Part shown: piece by piece, positions 9,492-22,200 of the stretch
Numbering within the stretch: the stretch's first letter is position 1
How the letters are laid out: each line of letters starts with the position of its first letter
Source: a virus
Length of the DNA stretch: 64,000 bases
Virus record (IMG/VR): IMGVR_UViG_3300027730_000009
Span: 27,974 to 91,973 of that record
Strand: one strand, 5' to 3'
Notes under the pieces: model-generated
Told to the model about the DNA's origin: nothing
Databases searched by the model: none
What the model saw: only the letters and a program-made list of their open reading frames with translations
Translations under genes and position numbers: made by a program

Positions 9492-10487
9492 TTAATCAAC
9501 TCGGACAATATAATATGTTGTCCCCTCAACATTTTCTTCACCTATTTTACCATCATATGGAGAAATTGCCGTGTATCCATCATTTCGAATAATTTTACCA
9601 ATTACATCACCTTGGTCAATAAAGTCAGATATGGCCAAATCATAATCTTCTATAAAGTCCAAAGGCGCTTCACGAACTTCTTCAACTTTTTTTTCAATTT
9701 CCTCCTCAATTTTTTCTTCGAGATAATCTCCCTGTGGGTCTGATTCAATTTCCTCTATTAATTCCAACATTTTTTCCATCTCAGATTCTAAAGTCTCAAT
9801 CAAATCTTGAAATTCTTCTTTCCTTTTTCCAGTTTCTTTTTCCGCAATTTTTTTGAAAGTTTCAAGTCTCTCAGCCAAAATTTTAGATTTTTTCTGATAA
9901 ACTTGATATTCTTTTTTTTGTTCATTGGACAAATCCTTAGCGTCATCATCCAAATAATTCTCAGGGGCCGAAGTAATCCAATCATTATAAAGGTCATATG
10001 CATAATCAACAACATCTCTCTCTGAAATACTACTCTCCAAAATCCAATCGGGTAATGAGTCGTAACCCTCTGAATCAAGAAAGTTCTCTAAGTTTTTTTT
10101 GGTAGCCTCATCGATATCATAATCATCACCCACAGCATAGGTCTGACCTAACTTTTCAATCAGATAAGATTTCATATAATATTCATAATCACCCTCAGGT
10201 TGTATATCATAAACATCAATATACTCATCATACTGAGACAACTCTTCATCAATCTGCTCAATTTGGGCAATGAGTTCAGGTGACGAAGTCTCTTCATATT
10301 GATTTTCCAACTCATCTTTACGATTCCTTAGTCTGTTCAAATTCTCTTGGATATCATCATCAATTTCATTTATCTCTCCCTCACTTACCAAATACTGATA
10401 AAGAGCATTGACCTGTCTTCCCTCTTCATCCAAACCAGGACCCAATTCCCATTTACCTGTTTTTCTTCTTTCCTCGGCTGCTGACAT
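9492..10487 (-). CDS. Highly acidic coiled-coil hypothetical protein
   Basis: 331 aa, D/E rich; TATTTAT upstream. Confidence 0.7.
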   Translation of the reverse strand: MSAAEERRKTGKWELGPGLDEEGRQVNALYQYLVSEGEINEIDDDIQENLNRLRNRKDELENQYEETSSPELIAQIEQIDEELSQYDEYIDVYDIQPEGDYEYYMKSYLIEKLGQTYAVGDDYDIDEATKKNLENFLDSEGYDSLPDWILESSISERDVVDYAYDLYNDWITSAPENYLDDDAKDLSNEQKKEYQVYQKKSKILAERLETFKKIAEKETGKRKEEFQDLIETLESEMEKMLELIEEIESDPQGDYLEEKIEEEIEKKVEEVREAPLDFIEDYDLAISDFIDQGDVIGKIIRNDGYTAISPYDGKIGEENVEGTTYYIVRVD

Positions 10488-10507
10488 AATTTTAATCTTT
10501 ATATTTG

Positions 10508-10535
10508 ATAAATACTATAATAAAACCATATTTAT
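10508..10535. promoter_or_regulatory. Back-to-back TATTTAT putative late promoters
   Basis: ATAAATA at 10508-10514 (minus) and TATTTAT at 10529-10535 (plus) between divergent genes. Confidence 0.55.
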
Positions 10536-10554
10536 AATATGTAGATGTTTGAAA

Positions 10555-11145
10555 ATGACCACCGGAATTTATAAAATAACTAATATCACAAATAATAAAG
10601 TCTACATAGGAAGTAGCATTAATATTTCCAGTAGGGAATATAAACATTTTTGGATGTTAGATAGAGGGATACACGACAATCCTCACTTACAAAATTCTTT
10701 CAACAAATATGGTTTAAATAGTTTTATTTTCGAGATTTTGGAAATTTGTGAGGAATCATCACTAATTGAAAAAGAAAATTATTATATTTCAACCCATCGT
10801 TCTAATATTTTTGAATCAGGGTACAATTTAGCAACCGTAAATGAATCAAGAAGAAATAACTCCAACACTGAAGTAAAAATAAAATTATCTAAATATAACT
10901 TGATAAAAAATGGAAATTTTACTATGTTTTCTTTAAGAAATATTATAACAGATAAAGAACACATATTCGAAAGTTTAGTTGATGCCGCAAATTATTTGAT
11001 TGAGAATGGTTTTTCGAAAGGGAAACCAACAAATGTAAGAATAAAAATTTCACAATGTTTACGAGGTTTAAAAGTTAATAATGGTCACAAAAATCACTCA
11101 ATCAGAAAAACTTGTTATAAACACAATTTCAGAATAATAAAATAA
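10555..11145 (+). mobile_element. GIY-YIG homing endonuclease
   Basis: MTTGIYKITN..VYIGSS..R..H..E..GYN; NUMOD1-like FESLVDAA; start moved to ATG 10555. Confidence 0.85.
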
Positions 11146-11160
11146 AAAAAAACAAAAATT

Positions 11161-11301
11161 ATGGGCGGATGTGGATGCAAAAACAAAAATCAAAACCCTC
11201 AACAAGCTGCAACTCAAGCCGCTGCACAGAGAGTTACCCAACAAGAGAGCGTCAAGGATGCCATCAAAAAGACAGTAGAAAAATATTATAACAAAAAGTA
11301 A
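11161..11301 (+). CDS. 46-aa MGGCGCK microprotein (not in ORF track)
   Basis: Hand translation MGGCGCKNKNQNPQQAATQAAAQRVTQQESVKDAIKKTVEKYYNKK; followed by a hairpin. Confidence 0.65.
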   Translation: MGGCGCKNKNQNPQQAATQAAAQRVTQQESVKDAIKKTVEKYYNKK

Positions 11302-11321
11302 TACGACCTTAGGTTCTCTTT

Positions 11322-11356
11322 AAAAAAGGGGGGATAGAAAAATCCATCCCCTTTTG
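11322..11356 (+). terminator. Intrinsic terminator
   Basis: AAAAAAGGGGGGAT..ATCCATCCCCTTTT. Confidence 0.55.
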
Positions 11357-11369
11357 TATTTATAATGGT

Positions 11370-12392
11370 ATGAGTAAGTATGATTTTTTACTTAGAAAAT
11401 TCAACAATGGTCAATTGGGAAATATTTTAGGCGCCTTGGATGGTAAGATAGAACCTATTATTGGATTATTAGATAAAAAAGGATTACTTGACCAAATAAA
11501 TTTGACTTCTAATGATAACGAAGAATATCATAACCATGGCTATTATTATATCGCCAAAAACCATCCAGAAAAGTTTTTATCGATGATGGTAGAATTCTTC
11601 GATGAAATTTCTGTTGAGGGCGATGGTAGAACATTTTTAACTATTGCTGACCGAAGTGACCTATCCGAGTTATTTTGTGATAGTATTAGAAATGGTTTGA
11701 GTCAAAGCACCGTTGCAAACATTTTGGATGGTGAAAATGATTGGAGAAGTTTTGATGTATCATCTGAAAACCTTTATCGGGATGTTATCGAAGATTTAAC
11801 TCCCAAAAATGAAACTATTTTATATCAAAGAGTGTTAAAAGATTTTCTGAATGAAAGTGAGAAGATTTATCCTGAAACAGAGCTACTTCAATCAATTGCC
11901 GAAGAACAAGGTCATAATGATTTCGTTGAACTAACCCAAGAGAATATCCCTAAGATTTTCTCAGATGAAGATAGTGCTCTCTCAGTATTGGGTATTTTGG
12001 AAGATTTGAGGTCAGATTTACATTCTTTATACGACAGCGCATACAACGACGCGTATGAACCTGAACTATATGAAAACATTTTCAATTCATTAAGTGATTT
12101 TTTTGTTGGCAGAGGTGATTGGGTTTCAAAACAATCCCCTAAAGACCCAACCAAAACTCAATATGATTTTAGAATTGAAGTCAATGACTTTGTTGGTTTA
12201 ATGAAAAGGTATTTCGATGAACTCAGAGGTGAAGGTACCCATACTATTGAAAATTATGGTTATTTTATGAGTGTTCTACAAAATGGTATTGATATGGGTG
12301 TATTTGAATGCGTTAGGGTATTCGCACCTGACTATGCCGACTGGACCAAAATGAAAGAAAGTTTTAACGAGTTATTTTCAGACTATATCTAA
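11370..12392 (+). CDS. Acidic hypothetical protein
   Basis: 340 aa ORF; TATTTAT 6 nt upstream. Confidence 0.7.
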   Translation: MSKYDFLLRKFNNGQLGNILGALDGKIEPIIGLLDKKGLLDQINLTSNDNEEYHNHGYYYIAKNHPEKFLSMMVEFFDEISVEGDGRTFLTIADRSDLSELFCDSIRNGLSQSTVANILDGENDWRSFDVSSENLYRDVIEDLTPKNETILYQRVLKDFLNESEKIYPETELLQSIAEEQGHNDFVELTQENIPKIFSDEDSALSVLGILEDLRSDLHSLYDSAYNDAYEPELYENIFNSLSDFFVGRGDWVSKQSPKDPTKTQYDFRIEVNDFVGLMKRYFDELRGEGTHTIENYGYFMSVLQNGIDMGVFECVRVFAPDYADWTKMKESFNELFSDYI

Positions 12393-15300
12393 ATCAGCAA
12401 ACCTTTTTCTTTCGCCCTATTAAATAATTTTTCAGCTCTTTCTTCGAGTTGATTGATTATAGTATCCTGTTCTTTAAGAGCCTCAACACAAATAGCAATT
12501 ACTTCACGATATCTTACCATGTAAGTATTTTGCTCAGAACCAACTACTAATTCAGGGTAAAACTGAAGTATTTCTTGTGCAATGAATCCTATTTCTGGCT
12601 CTTCTTTCTTTCCCCAAGCATAATCTTCTAACCAATTGAATTCAACACCTCTAATTTTCTGTATTGTCTCCAATGCGGATTCAATTTGATGAATGTTTGT
12701 CTTTAATCTAAAATCTGAAGGTCCAGTAGGACCGGGAGCTCCTTGAGCACCCTGTGGTCCAGTTGGACCTTGAGCACCTGTACCAACTTTTTGTCCCTGA
12801 GCACCTTGAGGACCTGCAAGAGCTCCACCTATGTCACCTTGTGCTCCTTGAGGACCTCCACCTCCTTGAGCACCTTGAGCACCTTGTGGTCCTATTGCCC
12901 CTTGTGAACCTTGGGAACCTTGGGGACCAACACCTCCTTGAACACCTTGTCCACCGGCAGCACCTTGGAATCCTTGAGCTCCAGCCGCTCCTTGGAAACC
13001 TTGACCTCCTTGGGCTCCTTGAGCTCCTTGAGCTCCAGTCGCTCCTTGGGAACCTTGAAAACCTACAGGTCCTTGAGCTCCTTGAGGTCCTTTAGAACCT
13101 TGTGCTCCTTGAGGCCCTTGTGCCCCTTGTCCTCCTTGAGCTCCTTGAGGTCCTACAGCTCCTTGAGCACCTTGACTTCCTTGAAATCCTTGTCCTCCAG
13201 TTGCTCCTTGGAAACCTTGAGCACCTTGACCTCCTGTCGCCCCTTGGAAACCTTGTCCGCCTTGAGCTCCTTGAGGTCCTACAGCCCCTTGAGCACCTTG
13301 AGCACCTTGAAATCCTTGACCTCCTTGAGCTCCTTGAGGTCCTTTCGCACCTTGAGCACCTTGAGCTCCTTGGAAACCAGTAGTTCCTTGGGCACCTTGT
13401 GGGCCAACAGCACCTATATGTCCCGTAGCTCCCTGAAAACCTTGTCCTCCTTGAGCTCCTTGAGCACCTTCAGGACCGGTTGCTCCTGTAGCTCCTTGGA
13501 ACCCTTGAGCTCCGACGGCACCTTGTGAACCCTGTGGCCCTATATGACCTTGAGCACCTTGGAATCCTTGACCTCCTACCGCTCCCTGAGAACCTTGTGG
13601 TCCTTGAGCTCCTTGAGCACCTTGGAATCCCTGACCCCCTTGAGCACCCTGAGACCCTTGAGCACCTATGGCTCCTTGAGCTCCTTGGAATCCTGTTCCA
13701 CCTTGAGCCCCTTGCGGACCTAAGGCCCCTTGAGCACCTACCGCTCCTTGATTCCCTTGTCCTCCTTGTGCACCTTGGGACCCTACTGGACCTTGAGCAC
13801 CTTGAGCTCCTTGAAATCCTTGACCTCCCTGCGCTCCTTGGGGACCTTGAGCACCTTGACCTCCTGTCGCCCCTTGAAATCCTTGTCCTCCTTGAGACCC
13901 TTGTGGACCTTTTGGTCCTTGGGCACCTTGAGCTCCTTGAAATCCTTGTATCCCTTGAGCTCCTTGTGAACCAATAGCACCTTGAGCTCCTTGTGCTCCT
14001 TGAAATCCTTGACCTCCTTGAGCTCCTTGTGGTCCAGTTCCACCCTGAGCTCCGACAGCACCTTGAAACCCCTGTCCTCCTTGTGCCCCTTGAGCTCCCT
14101 GAGGTCCTTGCGCCCCTTGAGCTCCTTGGAACCCTTGAGCTCCGACGGCACCTTGTGAACCCTGTGGCCCTATATGACCTTGAGCACCTTGGAATCCTTG
14201 ACCTCCTACCGCTCCCTGAGAACCTTGTGGTCCTTGAGCTCCTTGAGCACCTTGGAATCCCTGACCCCCTTGAGCACCCTGAGACCCTTGAGCACCTATG
14301 GCTCCTTGAGCTCCTTGGAATCCTGTTCCACCTTGAGCCCCTTGCGGACCTAAGGCCCCTTGAGCACCTACCGCTCCTTGATTCCCTTGTCCTCCTTGTG
14401 CACCTTGGGACCCTACTGGACCTTGAGCACCTTGAGCTCCTTGAAATCCTTGACCTCCCTGCGCTCCTTGGGGACCTTGAGCACCTTGACCTCCTGTCGC
14501 CCCTTGAAATCCTTGTCCTCCTTGAGACCCTTGTGGACCTTTTGGTCCTTGGGCACCTTGAGCTCCTTGAAATCCTTGTATCCCTTGAGCTCCTTGTGAA
14601 CCAATAGCACCTTGAGCTCCTTGTGCTCCTTGAAATCCTTGACCTCCTTGAGCTCCTTGAGAACCTATTGCACCCTGAGCTCCGATAGCTCCTTGAAGAC
14701 CGATACCTCCTTGAGCTCCTTGTGCGCCTATTGCACCTTGTGCTCCTTGAGCCCCTTGAAATCCTTGCCCTCCTTGAGCTCCTTGAGCACCTATCGCTCC
14801 TTGTGCACCGATTGCTCCTTGTACTCCCTGAGGTCCAATTGCTCCTTGTACTCCTTGAGCACCTTGACCACCTACATGACCTTGAACACCCTGACCCCCT
14901 TGAGCTCCTTGTGAACCTATTGGGCCTATCGCTCCTTGAGCTCCTTGGAACCCTTGTCCACCTTGAGAACCTTGAGAACCTCGGGGACCTTGAGAACCTT
15001 CTAATCCCTGAGCTCCTTGTCCTCCTTGAGCCCCTTGAGCACCTTGAGAACCTATAGCACCTTGAGAACCTTGAGCACCTTGAGCCCCTATCAAACCCTG
15101 TGGACCTGGAACTCCTTGGGAACCAGTTGCACCTTGTGACCCTTGAGCTCCTTGAGGTCCTGTATTTTTATTACCTAACCAACCCTGAGGACCTATAATG
15201 TTACCAAAATTATTTTGGATAATATTGGTTCGAGTGTTACCTGAAATTCTTAATGTAGGTGCCGCGTCTATTATTTTAACAATAGAACCTGAATTAGGTG

Positions 15301-15412
15301 TCGAATATACTAACCCTGAACTATTGGATAGATAAACCCAATTGGTAACAGTAGACGCGGAATCAAGGAACTCAAATTTTCCATCCAAAGGATAAATTAC
15401 TATGTCAGCCAC
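12389..15412 (-). CDS. Collagen-like fibre chain A with C-terminal peptidase S74 chaperone
   Basis: 271 Gly-X-Y units; [15 protein letters not shown]. Confidence 0.9.
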   Translation of the reverse strand: MADIVIYPLDGKFEFLDSASTVTNWVYLSNSSGLVYSTPNSGSIVKIIDAAPTLRISGNTRTNIIQNNFGNIIGPQGWLGNKNTGPQGAQGSQGATGSQGVPGPQGLIGAQGAQGSQGAIGSQGAQGAQGGQGAQGLEGSQGPRGSQGSQGGQGFQGAQGAIGPIGSQGAQGGQGVQGHVGGQGAQGVQGAIGPQGVQGAIGAQGAIGAQGAQGGQGFQGAQGAQGAIGAQGAQGGIGLQGAIGAQGAIGSQGAQGGQGFQGAQGAQGAIGSQGAQGIQGFQGAQGAQGPKGPQGSQGGQGFQGATGGQGAQGPQGAQGGQGFQGAQGAQGPVGSQGAQGGQGNQGAVGAQGALGPQGAQGGTGFQGAQGAIGAQGSQGAQGGQGFQGAQGAQGPQGSQGAVGGQGFQGAQGHIGPQGSQGAVGAQGFQGAQGAQGPQGAQGAQGGQGFQGAVGAQGGTGPQGAQGGQGFQGAQGAQGAIGSQGAQGIQGFQGAQGAQGPKGPQGSQGGQGFQGATGGQGAQGPQGAQGGQGFQGAQGAQGPVGSQGAQGGQGNQGAVGAQGALGPQGAQGGTGFQGAQGAIGAQGSQGAQGGQGFQGAQGAQGPQGSQGAVGGQGFQGAQGHIGPQGSQGAVGAQGFQGATGATGPEGAQGAQGGQGFQGATGHIGAVGPQGAQGTTGFQGAQGAQGAKGPQGAQGGQGFQGAQGAQGAVGPQGAQGGQGFQGATGGQGAQGFQGATGGQGFQGSQGAQGAVGPQGAQGGQGAQGPQGAQGSKGPQGAQGPVGFQGSQGATGAQGAQGAQGGQGFQGAAGAQGFQGAAGGQGVQGGVGPQGSQGSQGAIGPQGAQGAQGGGGPQGAQGDIGGALAGPQGAQGQKVGTGAQGPTGPQGAQGAPGPTGPSDFRLKTNIHQIESALETIQKIRGVEFNWLEDYAWGKKEEPEIGFIAQEILQFYPELVVGSEQNTYMVRYREVIAICVEALKEQDTIINQLEERAEKLFNRAKEKGLLI
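13491..14659. repeat. About 540-bp exact direct repeat, 630-bp period
   Basis: 13491-14029 matches 14121-14659. Confidence 0.85.
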
Positions 15413-18400
15413 CGATTAATGATTTGAGTTGATTAAGTTTAGTTTGTATTGATTTCACTCTTGTATTATTTTCTTTTAAAGTTGCAATACCTACGGAAAC
15501 AAGTAAATCGTATTGTAGATTTTTAAAACCATAAATATCAGTGCTCACGACTTCAGGAAAAAGTTTTTCTATTTCTTGAGCAATAAATCCTATACTTTTT
15601 CCTTTTAATAGATATTTCTGGTTTGGTTTATACCCCTCCAATTGAGGAATATTGTCTCTCCATTCGAATCTGACACCCTTCATACCAATTACACGACTTT
15701 TTATATTTTCTAATGATTTTACATTAGTTTTTAGTCGTTTATCTGATGGGGGACCTTGCGCTCCTTGGGCCCCTTGTGGTCCTTTTGGCCCTTGAGCACC
15801 TGTACCCCCTCCTATCCCTTGTGCACCTTGAGGTCCATCTGGTGGTTCCCCACCACCACCAGCTATTCCTTGAGCCCCTTGAGAACCTTGAAAGAATCCA
15901 TTTGCACCTGTGGCTCCTTGAAAACCTTGGACATTGCCAGCCCCTTGAGCTCCTTGAGGTCCAGTTGGCCCTGTTGCACCGGGGGTGATATTGGGTTGAC
16001 CGGGATGTCCAGTCACCCCAAATGAACCTTGGGCACCCTGAGGACCACCCTGAGCTCCTACAGCAGATATGGCACCCTGAGCACCAGTAGCCCCTTTAGC
16101 ACCAATAGCTTCAATTGGGTCAGCTGCAGCCCCGGGATTACCAGTATCACCAACAGCTCCACCAAATCCCGGAGCACCTGTAGTTACACTTGCAGCCCCA
16201 TTATTACCTGTCGTTCCTTGAGCACCAGTAAATCCCGGTGCACCCTGTGTCACCCCTGCAGCTCCGTTGTGACCTGTTGCACCTCCATTACCATTAGCTC
16301 CGGTATGTCCTTGGACGGCACCTTGAGCACCTTGAAATCCTGTGGCACCCTGAGCACCTCCAAATCCCGGTGCACCTTGGGTGGCACCTTGAGCTCCTTG
16401 AAACCCTGTAGCTCCTTGTGCACCAGTAAATCCTAAATCACCCGTCACAGAACTTTGAGCTCCTTGGGCTCCTTGACTTCCTTGACTTCCTTGGGCTCCT
16501 ACATGCCCTGTTGGTCCTCCTTGAGCCCCTATTTGTCCTTGGGCTCCTTGTGGACCTGTTGCGCCAGTGTGTCCTTGAACTATCGATGCTGGTCCTTGAG
16601 CTCCTTGAGGACCTTTAGTACCTTGAGCTCCGACGGCTCCTGATACTTCACTTGCGGTCCCACCGTGTCCTGTAGGTCCTTGTGCACCTATACCTCCTGT
16701 ATGTCCTTGAACAGCTCCTTGGGCACCTATATGTCCTTGGTCACCTTGAGCACCTTGTGCTCCTTTGGCACCCACAGCTGAAATCGCGTCACCGGCAGCT
16801 CCAGTGTGACCTGTAGCCCCTTGGGAACCTTGTGCTCCGGTAGCCCCTTGAACCGCATTTTGTGCACCTTGAGCTCCTTGAGAGCCTTGTGAGCCAGTAA
16901 ATCCCGGCGCTCCTTGTGTTGCCCCTGCAGCACCGATGTTACCTGTGGCTCCTTGGGAACCTGCAGCTCCCGTATGTCCCTGAACCGCACCTTGTGCTCC
17001 CTGAAACCCTTGTGCTCCTTGTGCACCAAAAATACCATCATGACCAGGGTTGACCCCTTGAGCGCCTTGTTGACCCACGGCACCTTGTGCCCCTATAATA
17101 CCTCCATGTCCTGTCACTGCACTTTGAGCTCCTGTTGCACCTTGAGCTCCCTGAGCTCCTTGACCACCGACAGCACCTTGGACAGCTCCTTGAGCTCCAA
17201 TGTGTCCCTGAGCTCCTTGAGCTCCAATAACACCAACATGTCCCTGAACCGCCGATTGAGGTCCTTGAGCTCCTTGAGGACCTTTGGTACCTTGAGCACC
17301 CTGAGCACCTGAGACTTCACTTGCGGTCCCACCGTGTCCTGTAGGTCCTTGTGCACCTATACCACCTGTATGTCCTTGAACAGCTCCTTGAGCACCTATA
17401 TGGCCTTGGTTACCTTGAGCACCTTGAGCTCCTTTCGCCCCATCAGTACCTAATCCTGCAGCAGCTCCTGTATTTCCCGTTCCTCCTTGAGCACCTTGTG
17501 CTCCGATGTTACCGGTTGGTAATCCTTGTGCTCCCACGGCTCCTTGAGCACCTTGAAAACCCATTACTCCAGAAGCACCTTGAGTACCACCATCAGCACC
17601 GATATTACCTGTAGCTCCTTGGGAACCTGCAGCTCCCGTATGTCCCTGAACCGCACCTTGTGCTCCCTGAAACCCTTGTGCTCCTTGTGCACCAAAAATA
17701 CCATCATGACCAGGGTTGACCCCTTGAGCGCCTTGTTGACCCACGGCACCTTGTGCCCCTATAATACCTCCATGTCCTGTCACTGCACTTTGAGCTCCTG
17801 TTGCACCTTGAGCTCCCTGAGCTCCTTGACCACCGACAGCACCTTGGACAGCTCCTTGAGCTCCAATGTGTCCCTGAGCTCCTTGAGCTCCAATAACACC
17901 AACATGTCCCTGAACCGCCGATTGAGGTCCTTGAGCTCCTTGAGGACCTTTGGTACCTTGAGCACCCTGAGCACCTGAGACTTCACTTGCGGTCCCACCG
18001 TGTCCTGTAGGTCCTTGTGCACCGATACCACCTGTATGTCCTTGAACAGCTCCTTGAGCACCTATATGGCCTTGGTCACCTTGAGCACCTTGTGCTCCCT
18101 TAGCTCCAATATCTAAAAATTCCGATGCCGCAGCTCCTGTATTTCCAGTTCCTCCTTGAGCACCTTGTGCTCCGATGTTACCGGTTGGTAATCCTTGGGC
18201 TCCCACGGCTCCTTGAGCCCCTTGAAAACCCATTACCCCAGACGCACCTTGAGTGCCACCATCAGCACCGATGTTACCTGTGGCTCCTTGGGAACCTTCA
18301 GCTCCCGTATGTCCCTGAACCGCACCTTGTGCTCCCTGAAACCCTTGCGCTCCTTGAGCACCAAAAATACCATCATGACCAGGGTTGACCCCTTGAGCGC

Positions 18401-19271
18401 CTTGTTGACCTACGGCACCTTGTGCACCTTCAAACCCTATATGTCCTTGTACAGCCCCTTGTGAACCGATAGCACCCTGTGCTCCTTGAGCACCGATTGC
18501 CCCTTGTGCTCCCTGAACAGCCCCTTGTGCTCCAACCTCACCTTGTGCCCCTTGGGCACCAATTGAACCTGTTTCACCTGCAACACCACCTTGGGCACCA
18601 ATACCACCTTGAGCTCCTTGAAAACCTTGAGCACCTTGTGCACCTATTGTTTCATTTGCCAATCCAACAACTCCCTCACCACCTTGAGCCCCTTGAGCTC
18701 CTTGAGCCCCTACGGTAGCCCCTTGAGCTCCTTGAGCACCTTGTGGTCCTTTAACACCTTGAGCACCTTGTGCTCCTTGTATACCTCCTTGGGCACCTTG
18801 AGCTCCGGCACCCCCTTGGGCACCTTGTGCTCCTTGTGCACCTGACACACCACCTTTAGCACCTTGAGCTCCTGTGTCCCCTTGAATCCCTTTAGCACCT
18901 TGAGCTCCTTGAGAACCTTGAGCACCCTGAGGACCTATAGGTCCAACTGCGCCCTGGGCTCCTTGGCCACCGATAGCACCTTGGAATCCTTGAATATTTA
19001 GTGGTGGTCCGACCCATTCACCGATGGTGTTTATCATCAGGGTTTCACCAGCCCAAACCCCTGATGTAGCATTGGTAATTGCAAGTCCTTTAGAGACTAA
19101 TCCTGTTGTCGAAATTTCAACAGTGTCAAATTGGGTTACCGAGGAGAAATTAATTCTGTCCGCCTCCAACATAACCACAACCATACCTGATGATACAGAA
19201 TCATCAAAAACAAAAAGTGGGTCAAGAGTTAAGGGAGAACCTTGAGGAAAAATAGTTACATTCAATGCCAT
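15405..19271 (-). CDS. Collagen-like fibre chain B with C-terminal peptidase S74 chaperone
   Basis: 341 units with periodic insertions; [15 protein letters not shown]. Confidence 0.9.
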   Translation of the reverse strand: MALNVTIFPQGSPLTLDPLFVFDDSVSSGMVVVMLEADRINFSSVTQFDTVEISTTGLVSKGLAITNATSGVWAGETLMINTIGEWVGPPLNIQGFQGAIGGQGAQGAVGPIGPQGAQGSQGAQGAKGIQGDTGAQGAKGGVSGAQGAQGAQGGAGAQGAQGGIQGAQGAQGVKGPQGAQGAQGATVGAQGAQGAQGGEGVVGLANETIGAQGAQGFQGAQGGIGAQGGVAGETGSIGAQGAQGEVGAQGAVQGAQGAIGAQGAQGAIGSQGAVQGHIGFEGAQGAVGQQGAQGVNPGHDGIFGAQGAQGFQGAQGAVQGHTGAEGSQGATGNIGADGGTQGASGVMGFQGAQGAVGAQGLPTGNIGAQGAQGGTGNTGAAASEFLDIGAKGAQGAQGDQGHIGAQGAVQGHTGGIGAQGPTGHGGTASEVSGAQGAQGTKGPQGAQGPQSAVQGHVGVIGAQGAQGHIGAQGAVQGAVGGQGAQGAQGATGAQSAVTGHGGIIGAQGAVGQQGAQGVNPGHDGIFGAQGAQGFQGAQGAVQGHTGAAGSQGATGNIGADGGTQGASGVMGFQGAQGAVGAQGLPTGNIGAQGAQGGTGNTGAAAGLGTDGAKGAQGAQGNQGHIGAQGAVQGHTGGIGAQGPTGHGGTASEVSGAQGAQGTKGPQGAQGPQSAVQGHVGVIGAQGAQGHIGAQGAVQGAVGGQGAQGAQGATGAQSAVTGHGGIIGAQGAVGQQGAQGVNPGHDGIFGAQGAQGFQGAQGAVQGHTGAAGSQGATGNIGAAGATQGAPGFTGSQGSQGAQGAQNAVQGATGAQGSQGATGHTGAAGDAISAVGAKGAQGAQGDQGHIGAQGAVQGHTGGIGAQGPTGHGGTASEVSGAVGAQGTKGPQGAQGPASIVQGHTGATGPQGAQGQIGAQGGPTGHVGAQGSQGSQGAQGAQSSVTGDLGFTGAQGATGFQGAQGATQGAPGFGGAQGATGFQGAQGAVQGHTGANGNGGATGHNGAAGVTQGAPGFTGAQGTTGNNGAASVTTGAPGFGGAVGDTGNPGAAADPIEAIGAKGATGAQGAISAVGAQGGPQGAQGSFGVTGHPGQPNITPGATGPTGPQGAQGAGNVQGFQGATGANGFFQGSQGAQGIAGGGGEPPDGPQGAQGIGGGTGAQGPKGPQGAQGAQGPPSDKRLKTNVKSLENIKSRVIGMKGVRFEWRDNIPQLEGYKPNQKYLLKGKSIGFIAQEIEKLFPEVVSTDIYGFKNLQYDLLVSVGIATLKENNTRVKSIQTKLNQLKSLIGG
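16630..18410. repeat. Tandem super-repeat, 666/669-bp period, nearly three copies
   Basis: 16948-17357 matches 17614-18023; GVNPGHD occurs three times. Confidence 0.85.
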
Positions 19272-19272
19272 A

Positions 19273-22200
19273 TCAATTTATTTCATTTTCAAGGTCTTCA
19301 ATTAATTTTTGTAGTTCTTCAATAAATACTTGTTGTTCTTTAATACCTTCAACAAGTAGGGCATTTAACTTCGGATAATCGATAGAATAATAACCGTTGT
19401 CTTTTAAGTCAACCACTTGTGGTATTACGGCTCTAACTTCTTGAGCAATAAATCCAATAGAGTGTATTTGTCCTAATTCTTTATAGGTATCATAATGTGG
19501 TGCCGATTCCAACCAATCAAATTCAACGGGATTCAATTTCAAAATTTTATCTAAAGCGTCTTCAATTGTAGTAACATTTGTTTTGAGTCTCGCGTCGGAC
19601 TTTTCACATGCTGTTTGGTTAGATAGTGCAGCGCCAGGCCCAGGGTCACATTCACCTATTGTCCAACAATTCACCCCATCACTAAAATTAGCGCCTCCAA
19701 AACAAGGAGGACAACTCGTACAGGCACTATCTGAGAAAATGTTACAACCGTTAGCCAGCGTCGCACAGTTGGAGTAGAAGGTAACATTTTCACCAGAACA
19801 TACTGCCTCACAGCTCTCTGGATTACAATTCGCATTGTGGGGATAACAAGCTACTCCAGTAGCTCCTTGTGCTCCTTGAAACCCGGTAGCACCTGGTGCA
19901 CCTGTATCACTAGCACCAGGAGCACCTTGGAATCCTATTATACCGACGTCCGGAATCCCTTGGGCTCCTTTTTGTCCTTGTGGTCCACCAGGGGTACCTT
20001 GAGCACCTGTTGCACCAGGGGTAGTGTTATTAGCACCTGGTGCGCCACCAGGTCCAGGTGGACCGCCCCCGCCAGGAGGTCCTGCAGCTCCTTGTGAACC
20101 TTGCGGACCCTTAGTACCTTGCGCGCCTGTTGGACCTGGATTACCTGGAGGTAAAGTTGAACCTGTAGCTCCTTGTGCTCCCTGTACCCCTTGAGGACCT
20201 CTCGCCCCTTGTGACCCTTGTGGCCCAACAGCACCCTGAGCACCTTGAGGACCTGTAGCTCCTATGGTACCTTGCGCCCCTTGTGGTCCAACAGCACCCT
20301 GTATCCCTTGTGCTCCTTGAGGTCCTCTACCTCCTTGAGCTCCTTGAGGTCCTACTCCTCCTTGACTTCCTTGAGAACCTTGAGGTCCTCGGGCACCGAC
20401 ATCACCAGTTCCTCCTCCAGCACCTTGTGAACCTTGAGAACCCTGTGGTCCTCTAGCACCGACATCACCAGTTCCTCCTCCAGCACCTTGTGAACCCTGA
20501 CCCCCTTGAGGTCCTCTATTACCTTGAGCTCCTGTACCTCCTGTTGCTCCTTGTGAACCTTGACCACCTTGAGGTCCACGAGCACCTTGCGAACCTTGAG
20601 CTCCCTTGGCTCCTTGTGCCCCTTGAGACCCTTGTGGTCCGATATTTCCTTGAGCGCCAGTTTCTCCTGTTGCCCCTTGTACCCCTTGTGCTCCTTGACC
20701 CCCTATCAGTCCTTGAGCTCCTTGGAATCCGACAGCACCTTGAGCTCCTTGAACTCCTTGTGGACCTCTAGCCCCTTGGACACCTATTGGACCTTGAGCA
20801 CCTTGTGCTCCTTGTACTCCTTGTGGACCTCTTGGTCCTTGGACTCCCTGAGGACCTATGGCACCTTGAACACCTTGGGAACCTTGTGGTCCTCTATTAC
20901 CTTGAGCACCTGTTCCTCCTTGCGCACCTTGCGACCCTTGGGCTCCTTGAGGTCCTCTATCTCCTTGAGCTCCTTGGCCTCCTTGAGCCCCTTGAGCACC
21001 TTGAGCACCCTGAGGTCCTAAGGCTCCGGTGTGTCCAGTGGCTCCAGCAGCACTCTGTGAACCTTGAGACCCTTGTGGTCCTCTTGCCCCGATTTCTCCA
21101 GTAGCTCCTTGAGCTCCTTGGGACCCTTGAGCACCTTGTGGTCCTACGCTACCCTGAGCTCCAGTTCCTCCAGTTGCTCCTTGTACACCTTGTGCTCCTT
21201 GAGGTCCAACGGACCCTTGGGACCCTTGAGCTCCCTTAGCCCCTTGAGCTCCTTGAGACCCTTGTGGTCCGACATTTCCTTGAGCTCCAGTCTCTCCAGT
21301 TGCTCCTTGTGCCCCTTGTGCTCCTTGACCTCCTATCAGTCCTTGTGCTCCTTGGAATCCGACAGCACCTTGAGCCCCTTGGGCTCCTTGCGGACCTCTA
21401 GCTCCTTGAGACCCTATTGGACCTTGAGCCCCTTCCGCTCCTTGTACTCCTTGTGGACCTCTTGCCCCTTGTGAACCTTGTGGTCCGACAGCACCCTGAA
21501 GTCCTTGTGCCCCTTGAGGTCCTCTGGCACCTTGGGCTCCTTGAGCTCCTACGGCATCATTTTGTGCTCCTTGTGCCCCTTGAGGTCCTCTACCTCCTTG
21601 TGACCCTTGAGGTCCAACAGCACCTTGAACTCCTTGGGCACCCTGAGGTCCTAAAGCTCCGGTATCTCCTGTTGCTCCAGGAGCACTCTGAGAACCTTGA
21701 GACCCTTGTGGTCCTCTTGCCCCGATTTCTCCAGTAGCTCCTTGAGCTCCTTGGGACCCTTGAGCACCTTGAGGTCCTACGCTACCCTGAGCTCCAGTTC
21801 CTCCAGTTGCTCCTTGTACACCTTGTGCTCCTTGAGGTCCAACGGACCCTTGGGACCCTTGAGCTCCCTTAGCCCCTTGTGCCCCTTGAGACCCTTGTGG
21901 TCCGACATTTCCTTGAGCACCTGTTTCTCCAGTTGCTCCTTGTACCCCTTGTGCTCCTTGACCTCCTATCAGTCCTTGTGCTCCTTGGAATCCGACAGCA
22001 CCTTGAGCCCCTTGGGCTCCTTGCGGACCTCTAGCTCCTTGAGACCCTATTGGACCTTGAGCCCCTTCCGCTCCTTGTACTCCTTGTGGACCTCTTGCCC
22101 CTTGTGAACCTTGTGGTCCGACGGCACCCTGAACACCTTGTGCCCCTTGAGGTCCTCGGGCTCCTTGGGCACCTTGAGCACCTACGGCATCATTTTGTGC

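Noticed and set aside
10408-10554. N-terminal extension of the GIY-YIG ORF
   Set aside because: It overlaps the divergent gene and promoters; the ATG at 10555 directly precedes GIY.
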